DNA from: Octopus bimaculoides
Lineage: Eukaryota
Length of the DNA: 48,416 bases
Direction of reading: 5' to 3'
NCBI RefSeq assembly: GCF_001194135.2
Contig: NC_068992.1
Location: forward strand, 58,268,980 to 58,317,395
The position numbers and the translations under genes were made by a program. Shown here piece after piece: positions 1-12,738 of this stretch (its first letter is position 1; each line of letters opens with the position of its first letter). The notes below the pieces were generated by a model. It was given only the letters and a program-made list of their open reading frames with translations. It was not told where the DNA came from and ran no database searches.

Positions 1-178
1 ATATATATATATATATATAATATATATATAAAGATTAAACCATTTGAAAATTTGTGTTTCACAAAAAAAAAAAGTCCTACCCACATAGCCACCATCATTA
101 CCACAGAACCACAGAAATGTTGAGGTTAATAAACCTGAAAAAAATATTCTTTTCTCTTCCATTTATATTGATGAAAAC

Positions 179-248
179 TCATGTGGAAAATTTAGGCGAA
201 TCTTTTGCAGGAACTTTAACGAGGTCCTTAACAGTTAATGACTGATCG
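179..248 (-). CDS. Candidate terminal coding exon
   Basis: Acceptor aatttcattcatAG|CGATCAG. Phase 2 reading DQSLTVKDLVKVPAKDSPKFST then TGA. Locally CpG-containing unique sequence. Confidence 0.25.
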
Positions 249-639
249 CTATGAATGAAATTGTTCATTGATAATTATCATCTTCTTCTTCTTCATTGTA
301 TAATTGATTATCTGAAGGGAAAGAAAACATTATTGATAAGTATATTGAATTACAATGTATGTAGTACTTGCATGTAATACTAGTTCAGAGCTTAGTTATT
401 CATTTGAAATTAGTCATCTATAACTGCATGTTTATTGTTTTATTATTTGTATGATAACATTCAGGTAGTAAAGAAAAGAATTTCATTTATTTTTTAACCC
501 TTTTATGACTATATTTCTAATGTGTATACTGATTATGTTTCAAATAATTGTCTGTGTTATCAATATTCTTGTAGGTGGTTTTAGTTAGTAAAATATCTGT
601 AAGTTTGTAAATTGGTATATGAGTGACTATGGAAAAAGC

Positions 640-1030
640 ATAGCATCTCAATGAAATTAGAATGAAAAGCACACAGAGCCATGGAAACTTCATAAAACTC
701 AAATCAAAAGAATCAGTGCCTTTGTCAAACAACATCATGGACGTCAAATTGTAGCAACTTATCTCAAACTGATATCCTCAAAAAAGCTGACTTTCAAACC
801 ATGCACCTTCTTTTGGTACAGAGAAATCTCCACAGAAGAGGCCACATTACCAGACATGGTGATGATAGACTCCTAAAGAAAGTCTTGCTCTCACAACTGG
901 CAGGTGTATATCAACACATTGGTAGACCCAGATGGAGATTCAAGAACACTGTCAAGCAGAACCTAAAACGATCGATCACCACTGACAAGTGGTACAAGCT
1001 GGTGAGTGACTTGCTCTACCTGGAGAAATT
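640..1030 (+). mobile_element. RTE-type LINE C-terminal fragment
   Basis: GHITRHGDDRLLKKVLLSQL...GRPRWRFKNTVKQNLK. Confidence 0.75.
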
Positions 1031-1044
1031 TAATGCACAAAGTC

Positions 1045-1180
1045 AGTCATAATTGTCATATTTGTATATATATCTATATCTATCTATATATATGTGTGTA
1101 TGTATAGATATATAGATAGATAGATGGATGGATGGATGGATGGATGAATGGATGGATAGATAGATAGATAGATAGATATG

Positions 1181-1224
<44 letters not shown>

Positions 1225-1367
1225 NNNNNNNNNNNNNNNNNNNNNNNNNNNNNNNNNNNNNNNNNNNNNNNNNNNNNNNNNNNNNNNNNNNNNNNNNNNN
1301 NNNNNNNNNNNNNNNNNNNNNNNNNNNNNNNNNNNNNNNNNNNNNNNNNNNNNNNNNNNNNNNNNNN

Positions 1368-1412
<45 letters not shown>
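1045..1412. repeat. Compound (TA)n/(GATA)n/(GGAT)n microsatellite around gap 1225-1367
   Basis: Direct reading. Confidence 0.95.
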
Positions 1413-1424
<12 letters not shown>

Positions 1425-1594
1425 AAGGACTTCTTTCAGTTTTGGTCCATGAAATCCACTAACAAGGCTTTGGTTGGCCTGAGGCTATAGTAGAAGACAC
1501 TTGCCCAAGATGCCATGCAGTGCAGCTGAACCTGGAACCATGTAGTTGGGAAGCAAGCTTCTTACCACACAGTCACACTTACACTTAACATACT

Positions 1595-1800
1595 TGGCAT
1601 TTGCAAAGTGCATTGGATTGGTCAAGGTTATAAATCTGATGGGTTTATGATCCTGTATTCTGGCATGGAGGACCAGCATAAATATGGAGTAGGCATTATT
1701 TTGAACAAGGAGGTGGCTGTAGAATTGGTTGGCTGGAAGCCAATAAATGAAGTGGATTATAACAGCATGGTTTCAAACCAGACACAGGACAAATACTGTG
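1595..1800 (+). mobile_element. LINE apurinic endonuclease fragment (RTE-like)
   Basis: WIGQG...ILYSG.EDQHKYGVGIILNKEVA...WKPINE. Confidence 0.7.
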
Positions 1801-1912
1801 GTTCAGGTTATATTCCATATAATAAATATGTGAACCTAATGTCAAACAGTGTAACCATACAACTGCACTGGTAGCAACATCAGTTGAAATAGACATGAAA
1901 TGTTTTTCTTAC

Positions 1913-1961
1913 CATATTTTGATTCTAATTTCTTGTTTTCCATATTCTTTGGAAGCTGGAC
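1913..1961 (-). CDS. Candidate 49-nt coding exon of the minus-strand gene
   Basis: Acceptor tctatatttcatttatttcaaatacAG|GTCCAG and donor AAAATATG|GTAAGA. Open in phase 0 (VQLPKNMENKKLESKY) and phase 1 (GPASKEYGKQEIRIKI). Confidence 0.45.
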
Positions 1962-2084
1962 CTGTATTTGAAATAAATGAAATATAGAATTATAGAGACA
2001 AAGAACATTCCAGATGTCATGAACTTAAGATGTTGCAAAATATCTTGTTTTTAACACTTATACACAAAACACAAAGGAATAATA

Positions 2085-3274
2085 ATAATGATAATAATGG
2101 TTTCAAATTTAGGCACAAGGCCAGTAATTTCAAGAGGGGGTTAATTCAATTTCATCAACCCCAGTACTCAATTGGTACTTATTTTATCGACCCCAGAAAT
2201 GATAAAAGGCAATTTCAACCTCAGTGGATTTTAAATTCAGAATGTAAAGACAGATAAAATGCTACTAAGCATTTTGCCCAACAAGCTACTGATTCCACCA
2301 GATTGCCACTTTGATAATGATAATAGCAACAATAATAATAATAATCCCTTCTATTATAGGCACAAAACCTGAAATTTTGGTGAAGGGGTCCAGGTATTTA
2401 CACTGACTATTGTGAAAGGATGAAAGGCAAAGTCAACCTTGGTGAAAAACCACCAGGAAAGGAATTGATGCCTAAGTCACAGTATCAGTTCCAACAGATG
2501 CTAATACATCACTTAAAGAAATGTAATCATTATCTGTGCACCAAGATTTGGCAACAGAAATAACCTGAATGTGGAGCCTGAAAACAGAAACAATCACTCT
2601 AATAACAGTATGTGCTTTGGGAATGGTTAAAAAACATGCAAACAGATACATAATCAAAGCACCAGGACTTAGAAATATGCATATAATAGAGAAATAGTTC
2701 TTCTCAGGGATTGCACATATAATTACATACAAAGATTTGAAGACAGTGAAAAATATAAAACCAAAACAAAACTTCGCATGCTGTGCTCTGGTGTGCAATG
2801 AAAGAAAGCAATAAAAAAAATAAGGCAACTGAACAACAACAACAACAACAATAATGCTTTCAAATATTGGCACTGGGCTGGCAGTTTTCAGGGGGAAAGG
2901 GCTAGTTGGTTACATTGACCCTCAAAAGAATGAAAGGCAAAAGTCAACCTTGGTGGAATTTGAACTCGGAATGTAAAGCTGGAAAAAATGCAGCTAAGCA
3001 TTTTGTCCAGTGTGCTAATGATTCTGCAAGTGAGCTGCTCTGCTTCTGCTGATGATGATGATTTCGAACTCTGGCACAAAGCCAGCAATTTTGGAGGAGG
3101 GGATAAATTGATTACATCGATCCCCAGTTCTCAGCTGGTACTTGTTTTATCAACCCTGATAGAATGAAAGGCAAAGTCAACCTCGGCAGAAATTAAACTT
3201 AGAACATAAAAGATGGATGAAATGCTGCTAAGCATTTTGTCGTGCTTGATAATGGCTCTGCCAGCTCACCACCT

Positions 3275-3277
<3 letters not shown>
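2085..3277 (-). mobile_element. Cluster of four main-family SINE copies separated by (AAT)n/(AAC)n/(GAT)n, with one LINE fragment inside
   Basis: Repeated gaaaggcaaagtcaacct...gaatttgaactc...ctaagcatttt motif. Confidence 0.85.
2475..2745 (+). mobile_element. RLE-LINE C-terminal fragment
   Basis: Decayed VSVPTD.NTSLKE...DLATEI..MWSLKT...ALG reading. Confidence 0.65.
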
Positions 3278-3315
<38 letters not shown>

Positions 3316-5220
3316 TGAAAAGGATCCAATGGCAACAAGGACCACCTTGTGATAGATAAGGTTATAATGAAGAACTGCAAATGGTACCAAAAACACTTAT
3401 GCATGGCATGGATAGACTTCAAAAAGGCTTACGACATGTTGCTGCATTTGTGGATTTTGGAAACACTCGACATATGTGGAATAGCTGAGAATGTGTGTGC
3501 ACTGATTACGAACAGCATGCCTAGTTGGAAAACGCATCTTTCCTGTAACAACCTGCACTTAGCCGAGGTAACACTCAGAATAGGTATCTTCCAAGGATAC
3601 TCTTGTTCACCTCTGTTGTTTGTTAGGCCTACATAAAATCAACGTGCACTATGGGTTGAGAAAGAATGGACCTTGTCTCAACCACCTCCTCTTCATGAAT
3701 GATTTAAAACTGTTCACAAAAACAGAGCCTGAAATGGAGAGGCTGGCTGAGACTGTGCAAATGTGCAGCAAGGATACAGGGATGGAATTCAGTATCTCAA
3801 AGTGTACGGTGCTTACTTTGAAGCAAGGGAAAAGAGTAAATTGTAGGGGCATAAAATTGCCAAACAGAGAGAGAATGGAAGACCCGGGTGATGATGGGTA
3901 CAAGTACCTTGGGATCCTGGAGCTAAACAATATCTTGCACAACGAAATGAAAGACAAGGTCATCACTGCATATTTCAAGTGCCTCAAATTTCTCTTGAAA
4001 TCAAAGCTCAACTCAAGGAACCTTGTGACTGCCTTCAACATATGGGCTATTACTGTAGTCTGCTATAGTGCACCCATCCTGAGATGGACACAAGCAGAGA
4101 TTGACCAACTCGATTGCACTACCCGAAAGACGATGACAATGCATGGGGCCCTCCACCCTAAAGCAAATGTACACAGGCTCTACATGAAGAGAGGTAAAGG
4201 TGAATTTGGGTTGATTAGCATATGGGAGTGCATCAACAGTGAAACAAGAAATATGGCAGAATATTTGGTAAGCAGCGAACAAGACTTGCTACAGTATGCT
4301 GCTAGTGTAGAAGGAGTAAACAAAAATGGATTTGAGAGAGCTCATGGATTCCGATCAAGAACAGCCAATGAGAGAGAAGAAACCCTAATCCATATGAAAT
4401 TACATGGTCAGTTCCACCTAGAAACCAACAAATTAAAAGACCAGGAAGCATCATGGAGGTAGCTCAACAAGGGTAACCTAAAAAAGAATACTGAAACCCT
4501 AATCATCGCAGCCCAGGATCAGGCATTGAATACCAACTCAGTCAAGAAGAATATATACCACATAAGTGCATTGGTCCTCTGCAGAATGTCTGGGAAGAGG
4601 ATCAAAAACGCGACTTACATTGTTAGTGCTTGTGAAAGTTTTGTGCAGAAAGAGTACAAGCGTAGACATGACAAAGTAGCCCCAAAACTCCACTGGTTAC
4701 TATGCCATAAGTATGGCTATGAGGTTACTGGTGCTTGGTACCAACTTACCCCGGAAAAGGTAATGGATGAAAAGGGGAAGGCAAAAATCCTCTGGGATTT
4801 TGATTTCCAGACAGACTAAGTGTTAGAGCACTGAAGGCCAGATATAGTATCCTTTAAGAGGGACAAACAAGAGTGCCTAATAATCGACGTAGCAGTGCCA
4901 GGAGATCAACATATCATCATGAAAGAAAGAGAAAAAGTTGATAAATATGGAAACCTTAGAATTGAAATCACTGAGATGTTGCAGCTACGAGAGTCGAACA
5001 TAAAGGTTATCCCTACTGTCATCGGAACATTGGGTTGAATACCACCCAATCTGAAAAACCTTAGAAATACCCTACAGTCTAGATGTATTGCAAAAGTTGG
5101 CATTACTTGGAACGGCATGCATATTGCGTAAAATACTGTCTGTCTGAGGTCCTTGTTGTGACATGACAAACAATACAAACCCCCAGTAGACACAATACCT
5201 TCAATAAACAACCTCACAAT
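3316..5220 (+). mobile_element. 5'-truncated, decayed non-LTR retrotransposon with RT and restriction-like endonuclease (R4/Dong-like)
   Basis: RT motifs WIDFKKAYD, GIFQG..SPLLF, NHLLFMNDLKLF, YKYLG. Degenerate CCHC region. RLE motifs RHDKV, LWDF, PDI, IIDVAVP, EK..KY. Stops and frameshifts. Begins directly after (AAT)n. Confidence 0.9.
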
Positions 5221-5289
5221 CTTGTATACTGTCTATGTGATCTCAAATTTTAAAGCAAACACATAATTTTCTTATGGTTTCTTAAACAT

Positions 5290-5432
5290 TCACTTGAACA
5301 AAACTGTACAAATCCAAATATATGGTACCCTAGGCATAACACCTACATGAACTTCTAACTTGTTGTCTCTTGAGGTCTCTGGGTGAGACTTGGATCCAAC
5401 TTGTACAAATGCAAAACAAAAGTCAAACATAA

Positions 5433-5495
<63 letters not shown>

Positions 5496-5935
5496 AATAG
5501 TCTGAGCAAACCCCAGAAGGAGTCACCAAAAATGAGACCTGCAAAATCCTGAAGGATGTAATGATCCAGTGTGATCACCTGACCAGACATTGTATGATAA
5601 TCGATATAGCATGCCCCGGTGACAACAGGATCAATGTGAAAGAAGAAGAAAAAAATAAACAACTACGACGATTTAAAGTGGGGAAATACAAAAGTTGTGG
5701 TCAATGAAGAGAGTAGATGTGATATGAATAGTAATTGATGCACTTGGAAGTATCAGCACTCAACTACCAACATGGCTGAAAAAGATCGGTGTAAGTGTGA
5801 AGGTAGAACACCTACAAAAATCAGCATTGCTTGGAACTGCAAAAATTCTTTGCAGTGTTCTTGAAGCATGACCAGTAAAACAAGTGTTGCCTTAGTCTGC
5901 TGGCTGTGGGCAGCTGACATTTTCCATCATACCCA
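5290..5935 (+). mobile_element. 3' UTR of one RLE-LINE, then (AAT)n, then the C-terminal fragment of another RLE-LINE
   Basis: gaggtctctgggtgagacttgga 3' motif (also at ~23944). After (AAT)n: ILKDVMIQCD..PD..IIDIACPGD.RI..KEEEK and LQKSALLGTAKIL-like frames. Confidence 0.75.
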
Positions 5936-5944
5936 GCAAAATAA

Positions 5945-6220
5945 GCTGTGAGTTTTCATCATCGTTTGACGTCCGCTTTCCATGCTAGCATGGGTTGGAC
6001 GATTTGACTGAGGACTGGTGAACCAGATGGCTACACCAGGCTCCAATCTGATTTGGCAAAGTTTCTACAGCTGGATGCCCTTCCTAACGCCAACCACTCC
6101 GAGAGTGTAGTGGGTGCTTTTACATGCCACCGGCACGAAGGCCAGTCAGGAGGTACTGGCAACAGCCACACTCGAAATGGTGTATTTTATGTGCCACCTG
6201 CACAGGAGCCAGTCCAGCGG
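5945..6220 (-). mobile_element. RTE 3'UTR-only copy
   Basis: Reverse complement of 12560-12738 plus repeat units. Confidence 0.85.
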
Positions 6221-6644
6221 TAATGATAATAATCCTTTCTATTATTGGCACAAGGCCTGAAATTTGTTGGGAGGGGACTGGTCGATTACATTGACTCCAG
6301 TGCTCAACTGGTACATACTTTATTGAACCTTGAAAGGATGAAAAGCAAAGCACACCTTGGTGGAATTCAAAGTTAAAAAGTAAAGAGCCAGTAAAAATAC
6401 TGTATTAATAATAATTTTTAACACTGGTATGAAACCATATAAATTCTGTCGGGAAGATATAGTCAGTTAAATATATTACCAGTATATACGACTGGTGCTT
6501 TGTTTATTAGTTTCTGGAAGGAGGAAAAGCAAATTTAAACCTAGTGGGATTTGAACCAAGAACATAAATAGATTTAACTAAATACCTCGAGGTACATCAC
6601 CCTTCATTCTATTGATTTCGCCATCTGTCACCCTAAAATTATAA

Positions 6645-6654
6645 TGATAACAAC

Positions 6655-6695
<41 letters not shown>

Positions 6696-6765
6696 CAATA
6701 ACAACAACAATCATCATCATCACCATCATCATCATCCTCAACATCATCATCATCATCATCATCAG
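6645..6765. repeat. Compound (AAT)n-(AAC)n-(CAT)n microsatellite
   Basis: Direct reading. Confidence 0.95.
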
Positions 6766-7049
6766 GTCACGCAATGCATACTGCCTTTTTTTCTCATTGA
6801 TCATCCAACATTGTCTCAGCTTACTAGAACTGCAACAACATCCATGATGCTGTGTTGCATTTAGCCCATGGCCATCACCGACTGAGTAGATCTATAACCA
6901 AAGACATCCCAGCTGTGATTATTGCATGTATTTTTTTGTAAACAAAAGTGTATCTTTGACTGCGTTATTAACTGCCCTGCCTTTCATAAGACATTACGGG
7001 ATGAAGAGAGAGAGATCTGACTGTGATTTCTAGCGGGTTGAGCTACCAT

Positions 7050-7810
7050 GTAAATACTCCCTTGGTAGAATCATTAGCACATCAGGTAAAATGCTTAACA
7101 ATATTTCATCTATCATTACGTTCTGAGTTGAAATTCCTCCTAGGTTGACTTTGCCTTTCATCCTTTCAGGGTCAATAAATTAAGTACCAGTTGAGTACTG
7201 GGGGTCAGTGCAATCAACTTACTCCCTTTGCTGAAATTGCTGGCCTTGGTCCAAAATTTGAAACCATTATCATTGTGCCATACTGGTCAATGCCAGAGCC
7301 CCGACTGGCTCCCATGCCGGTGGCATGCAAAAAACACCATCCGAATGTGGTCGATGCCAGTACCCCTTAACTGGTTCCCGTGCTGGTGGCATGTAAAAAG
7401 CACCGCCCAAACATGGTCGATGCCAGTACCCACTGACTGGCTCCGGTGCTGGTGGCATGTAAAAAGCACCCACTACACACTTGGAGAGGTTGGCATTATG
7501 AAGGGCATCCAGCTGTAGAAACCTTGCCAGATCAGATTGGAGCCTGGTGCAGCCTACAGGCTTGCCAGTCCTCAGTAAAAGCATCCAACCTATGCCAGCA
7601 TGGAAAATGGACATTAAATGATGATGATGATGATGATGATGACAATGATGATGATGAAAGCAGTGAGCTGGCAAAACTGTTAGCACACTGGACAAAATGC
7701 TTAGTAGCATTTCATCTGTCTTCACGTTCTGAGCTTGAATCATGCTAAGGTAGATGGTGCTTTTCATCCTTTCGAGGTCAATAAAATAGGGGTTGATGTA
7801 ATTGACCAGT
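7050..7810 (+). mobile_element. Two main-family SINE copies in the rare opposite orientation (7050-7265, 7660-7810)
   Basis: gttctgagttgaaattcc...gactttgcctttcatcctttcagggtcaataaattaagtaccag on the plus strand. Confidence 0.85.
7275..7656 (+). mobile_element. RTE 3'UTR-only copy with three ~65-bp units
   Basis: Collinear with 12390-12738; (GAT)n tail. Confidence 0.85.
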
Positions 7811-8160
7811 GCCTATAGCAAAAAGGATAGTTATAATGAAGATTTCTAACAGTGGCTTAAGTCCATATATTTTAGGAAGATGGCATAGTTAATTAGATAA
7901 ACCCAATATTTGACTAGTACTCTATTTAATCAACTTCTGAAATGATAAATGGCAAAGACGACTTGTGTAGAATTTGAACTCAGTGTGCAAAGGGCCACAA
8001 CTAAATACAGCAAAGTATTTTGTCTGATGTTCTAACAAATCCACCGAACTAACACCCTATGCCTATTTATATCCGCATATATGCAACCGTGCTTATGCAA
8101 GTGTGCATGTGTGAATAGACATGCATTCACACACCTGCATGTACATGCACACACAGACAC

Positions 8161-8221
<61 letters not shown>

Positions 8222-8240
8222 CAGATAAACAGACAGATAG
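8161..8240. repeat. (GATA)n microsatellite
   Basis: Direct reading. Confidence 0.95.
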
Positions 8241-8639
8241 GTGCAGGTATGGTTGAGTGGTTAAGAAGTCTGCTTCAAAGTAATGAAATGCTAGGTCCTA
8301 TCTCACTGGGTGACATCTTGGACAAGAGTCTTTAGCAAAGCTTTCAATCAGCTCAAGACTTGTCAGTGAAAGTGATAGAGACAGTAAAAAAAGCCTGTTG
8401 AGTGGACAATAACTGTAATTCAAAAATTCAGTCTTGTCTCACACTGTGTTCCACTGTTTCTACTTGAGAGTTACACTGTTTATGTGAAATACCCAGCTGT
8501 TTTGCATACTGGCTGTATGTTTATATGGTGATAACTACAGAAAAGTAAAGTCCAATGTATGTGGAGAAGTCCTTTGACAGAGTGCTTCATTCATTAAGTT
8601 GATAGTCATATAAAAAAATTTTTTTTCAATAGATGGAGG

Positions 8640-8930
8640 TGAAAGGCTCATGGGGGCTGTAAAAGCTTTCTACAAAGGTACAATTGGTAAAGCAATGAGT
8701 TCAGTTAATTGTACAATTGGTAAAGCAATGAGTTCAGAATTTAGTGTGAAGTTAAGGATTCATCAAGGGTCAGTTCTTAGCCATCACCTATTCATGATAA
8801 CCCAACAAGTTAACATAGAGGAGTTCAAGACCTTGCTGTCTGTGGGAAATCCTATGTATACTAATGATTTAGCTCTTGTAGCTGAATCTTTAATAGAATT
8901 AAAGAAGTAAATTAAAACTTCCAGATGTTG
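8640..8930 (+). mobile_element. RTE RT fragment with an internal ~33-bp tandem duplication
   Basis: SEFSVKLRIHQGSVLSHHLF and MYTNDLAL. gtacaattggtaaagcaatgagttcag occurs at 8678 and 8711. Confidence 0.7.
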
Positions 8931-9219
8931 AAACAAAATTTAAAATCAATTTAAGTAAGTAGAAAACAAGGCTGTTGTACTCATGAATGATAGATCGTGA
9001 GTTCGATTCCCTCAGAGGCCAGCACATTGTATTCATGTGCAAAACGCTTCATTTTATATTGCTCCAGTCTCCCTTTTCAATCAATGGGCAATGTTGGCCT
9101 GTTTGCCTTGTCAGCAGGGTGACATCATTTGAAGGCTAAAACAATGCAAAAAAAAAAAACACACTGCGACCAGAGATGTGTAACAACATCTGATAGCCTG
9201 GTTGGTCATGTGATCATGT

Positions 9220-9252
<33 letters not shown>

Positions 9253-9369
9253 ACTTGGGGATGGTCATATTGCCAGTTTAGCCAATAAAAACACACGCAC
9301 TGTATATTTGGTGTTAATTTTTTTTTTTTTCAGCTTTATATTACATTAATCTTAATATATATATATAAC

Positions 9370-9749
9370 AGCACAATGGCCCAGTGGTTAGGGCAGTGGA
9401 CTCGCGGTCATAGGATCGTGGTTTCGATTCCCAAACTGGGCGTTGTGAGTGTTTATTGAGCAAAAACACCTAAAGCTCCACGAGGCTCCGGCAGGGGATG
9501 GTGGCAAACCCTGCTGTACTCTTCCACAACAACTTTCTATCACTCTTACTTCCTGTTTCTGTTGTGCCTGTAATTCAAAGGGTCAGCCTTGTCACACTGT
9601 GTCACGCTGAATCTCCTCTAGAACTACGTTAAGGGTACACGTGTCTGTCGAGTGCTCAGCCACTTGCACGTTAATTTCACGAGCAGGCTGTTCCGTTGAT
9701 CGGATCAACTGGAACCCTCGACGTCGTAAGCGACGGAGTGCCGACAACA
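9370..9749 (+). mobile_element. Full-length tRNA(Arg-like)-headed SINE of a second family
   Basis: A-box tggcccagtggt, gactcgcggtc loop, B-box-like gtttcgattccc. 3' end ...cgtaagcgacggagtgccgacaac. CpG-rich, so young. Confidence 0.8.
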
Positions 9750-10462
9750 TATAACAGCAACAATACCAATGCCAGCATTGTTGAAGAATGGCGACTATAA
9801 TGTCAGAAAAAGTTAACAGAAGCCTAGCAGAAGTTGAATAGATGGCACTTCTACCACACTACCAGACGTACTACTCTTTTGCAGCCACTGCAGTCACCAG
9901 CACGATTGATAATGATAGCAGCAGCGACAAAACAAACAACTGCTTCAACACAAGACTACTATTATAGCACTGATCAACACAACTCCATGTATGTGTGTCT
10001 TTGTATCTGTCTTTGCACCCCACCACTTCTTGACAACTGGTGTTGGTGTGTTTACACCCCTGTGACTTTGCAGTTCAACAAAAGAGATTGGTACTTTGAA
10101 TACCAGGTTTAAAAAAATGTAAGTACTGGAAATAATTCATATGACTAAAATTCTCAAAGGCGGTAAAAGATAAAAGATACTTCACTCTCTCTCCTTCACA
10201 CATGGTAGCCCCTTTCAGACTGTTTAGTATTACAATTTGCAAGGGGACCTCTCTAGTGCTGGTGACATGAAAAAAGCATGCAGTAAAACTTTGTAAAGGG
10301 GCTGGCATTAGGAAGGACATCCAGCCATAGAAAATAAATCCAAGCTGACACTGGGAGATGATGTGATCCTTCGATTTATCAACATTAGATCCTTTCAAAC
10401 TGTCCAATGCATACCAGCGTGGTGAATGAACCTAAATGATAATGGTGGCGGTGATTGCGCGC

Positions 10463-10494
<32 letters not shown>

Positions 10495-10574
10495 GAATAT
10501 GTACATATATATATAGCTGCATGCACACACACACACACACATGCACATATACATACATACATACATATATATAT

Positions 10575-12738
10575 AGACTTGGAGACGCCACTATGAAAGG
10601 TTGCTAAATGAAGAGAATGAATGAGAGAAAGAGAGTCTGCCAAATGTCGACCCAACAGAGGGACCAGCTATTTGAATTGACAGTACCTTGGTAAATAAAA
10701 GCAATTAAAGGTATGAAGGCAGGGAAAGATCCCGGTCCATCAGGAGTCACTGCAGAGATGCTTAAAATATCTGGTGGTATTGGCTATAGTCCAGTCACCT
10801 GTACAGTCAACCAGGTGATACATGAATGAGTCATACCCAATGACTGGTGTAGTAGCATCATAGTCAACTGCTACAAAGGTAAAGGTGAAGCATAAGATAG
10901 GAATAATTACAGAGGTATCAAATTGTTGGCCCAGGTGGTGAAAGTCATGGAGAGGGTCATAGCCCAATTAGTTAGGGAGAGAGTTAGTTCAGATGAGATG
11001 CAGTTTGGGTTTGTGCCAGAGAAAAGCATCACTGATGCTATACTTCTGGTAAGACAGCTGAAGAAGAAATTCTTAGCCAAAGATAAACCTCTGTACTTGG
11101 CTTTTGTTGGCTTGGAGAAAGCCTTTGACAGGGTCCCCCGATTCCTTATCTGGTGGTCAATGTGGAAACTAAGGATAGATGAGTGGTTGGTGAGAGCTGT
11201 ACAAGCCATGTACAGGGAAGCTGTCAGTAAGGTGAGGGTTAGCAATGAGTATAGTGAAGAATTCTGGGTAGAAGTAGGGGATCAGTCCTCAGCCCCCTCT
11301 TTTAGGCAATAACATAAGAATTTAAGACAGGTTGCCCCTGGGAGCTCCTCTATGCTGATGATCTTGCTCTAACAGCTGAGTCACTACCAGAACTAGAGGA
11401 GAAGTTTCAGGTGTGGAAGCAAGGACTAGAATCGAAGGGCCTTAGAGTCAATCTAGCAGAAACCAAAGTCTTAGTAAGTAGGAAGGCAGACAAATCACAA
11501 ATCCCTGCTCAATCTGCAGAAAAGGTGTAGGTAGAAACTCCATAAGATGTACCCGGTGTAAGCTATGGACACATAAGAAGTGCAGCAATATGAAAAGGTT
11601 AACTGGGAAGATAGTTTTTGTATGTGGCAGATGCACAGGGACAATAAACATCAAAGATGTATAGAAAACAGATTCCATCACATGCCAGGGGGAAAAACTA
11701 GAAGTAGTTGATAGCTTCCATTCCCTAGGTGACCAAGTCAGTAGCGGAGGTGGATGCTCTGAAAGTGTAATTGCTAGAATAAGAATAGGCTGGGCAAAGT
11801 TCAGAGAGCTCTTACTTCTGCTGGTAACAAAGGGCTTCTTGCTGAGAATGAAAGGTAGACTGTATGAAGCATGCATGCAAACAGCCATGTTACATGGCAG
11901 TGAAACATGGGCTGTGACTGCTGAGGACATGCATAGGCTTGAAAGGAATGAAGCTAGTATGCTATGCTGGATGTGTAATGTCAGTGTGCATACACGACAA
12001 AGTGTAAGCATCTTGAGAAAAAAGTTGGACATAAGAAGCATCAGATGTGGTGTGCAAGAGAGACGACTGCACTGGTATGGTCATGTGTTGTGTATGGATG
12101 AGGACAGCTGTGTGAAGAAGTGTCACACCCTAATAGTGGAGGGAACCTGTGGAAGAGGTAGACTCAGGAAGAGCTAGGATGAGGTGGTGAAGTACGACCT
12201 TCTCACAGAGGCAAGTGACCGGGAACTTTGGAGATATGCTGTGCTTGAGAAAACCCAGCAAATCAAGTGAGATTGTATCAGTGGCCAATGCCAGTGTCGC
12301 ATAACTGGTCCACTTAAAAACACCCTTCAATCATCGGGCAATATGCTATGCTTGAGAAGACCTGTTGAGTCAAGTGAAATCTTTGTTGTGGCTGATGTCA
12401 GTGCCGCCTGACTGGCACCCATGCCGGTGGCATGTAAAAAGCACTATTTGAGTATGGCTGATGCCAGTGCCACCTGACTGGCTCCCGTGCCAGTGGGACG
12501 TAAAAGGTACCATTTGAGCGTGGTTGTTGCCAGTGCCACCTGACTGGCTCCCATGCTGGTGACATGTAAAAAGCACCCACTACACTCTTGCAGTGGTTGG
12601 TGTTAGGAAGGGCATCCAGCTGTAGAAACCTTGCCCGAACAGATTGGAGCCTGGTGCAACCTCCTGGCTTGCCAGTCCTCAGTCAAACCATCTAACCCAT
12701 GCCAGCATGGAAAGCGGACGTTACACGATGATGATGAT
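10575..12738 (+). mobile_element. 5'-truncated RTE-clade LINE with complete 3'UTR and (GAT)n tail
   Basis: QFGFVPEKSITDAI, FVGLEKAFDRVPR, LLYADDL, SFHSLGD, LHGSETWAVT, RRLHWYGHV, GRGRLRK. 3'UTR with 66-bp units ending gcatggaaagcggacgttacacgatgatgatgat. Confidence 0.92.

Noticed and set aside
1043-1490. Long ORFs through N-gaps and microsatellites (also 20608-21745, 32577-33389, 35555-35917, 38708-39233, 42298-42837)
   Set aside because: They are translations of (TA)n, (AAT)n, (AAC)n and N runs.
3620-4462. 280-aa ORF as an active or domesticated reverse transcriptase
   Set aside because: The element is 5'-truncated, frameshifted in the RT core (NDL for DDL) and has stops in the RLE domain.
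12390-12590. CRISPR-like periodic repeats
   Set aside because: These are tandem units without unique spacers, inside a LINE 3'UTR, in eukaryotic DNA with no cas genes.
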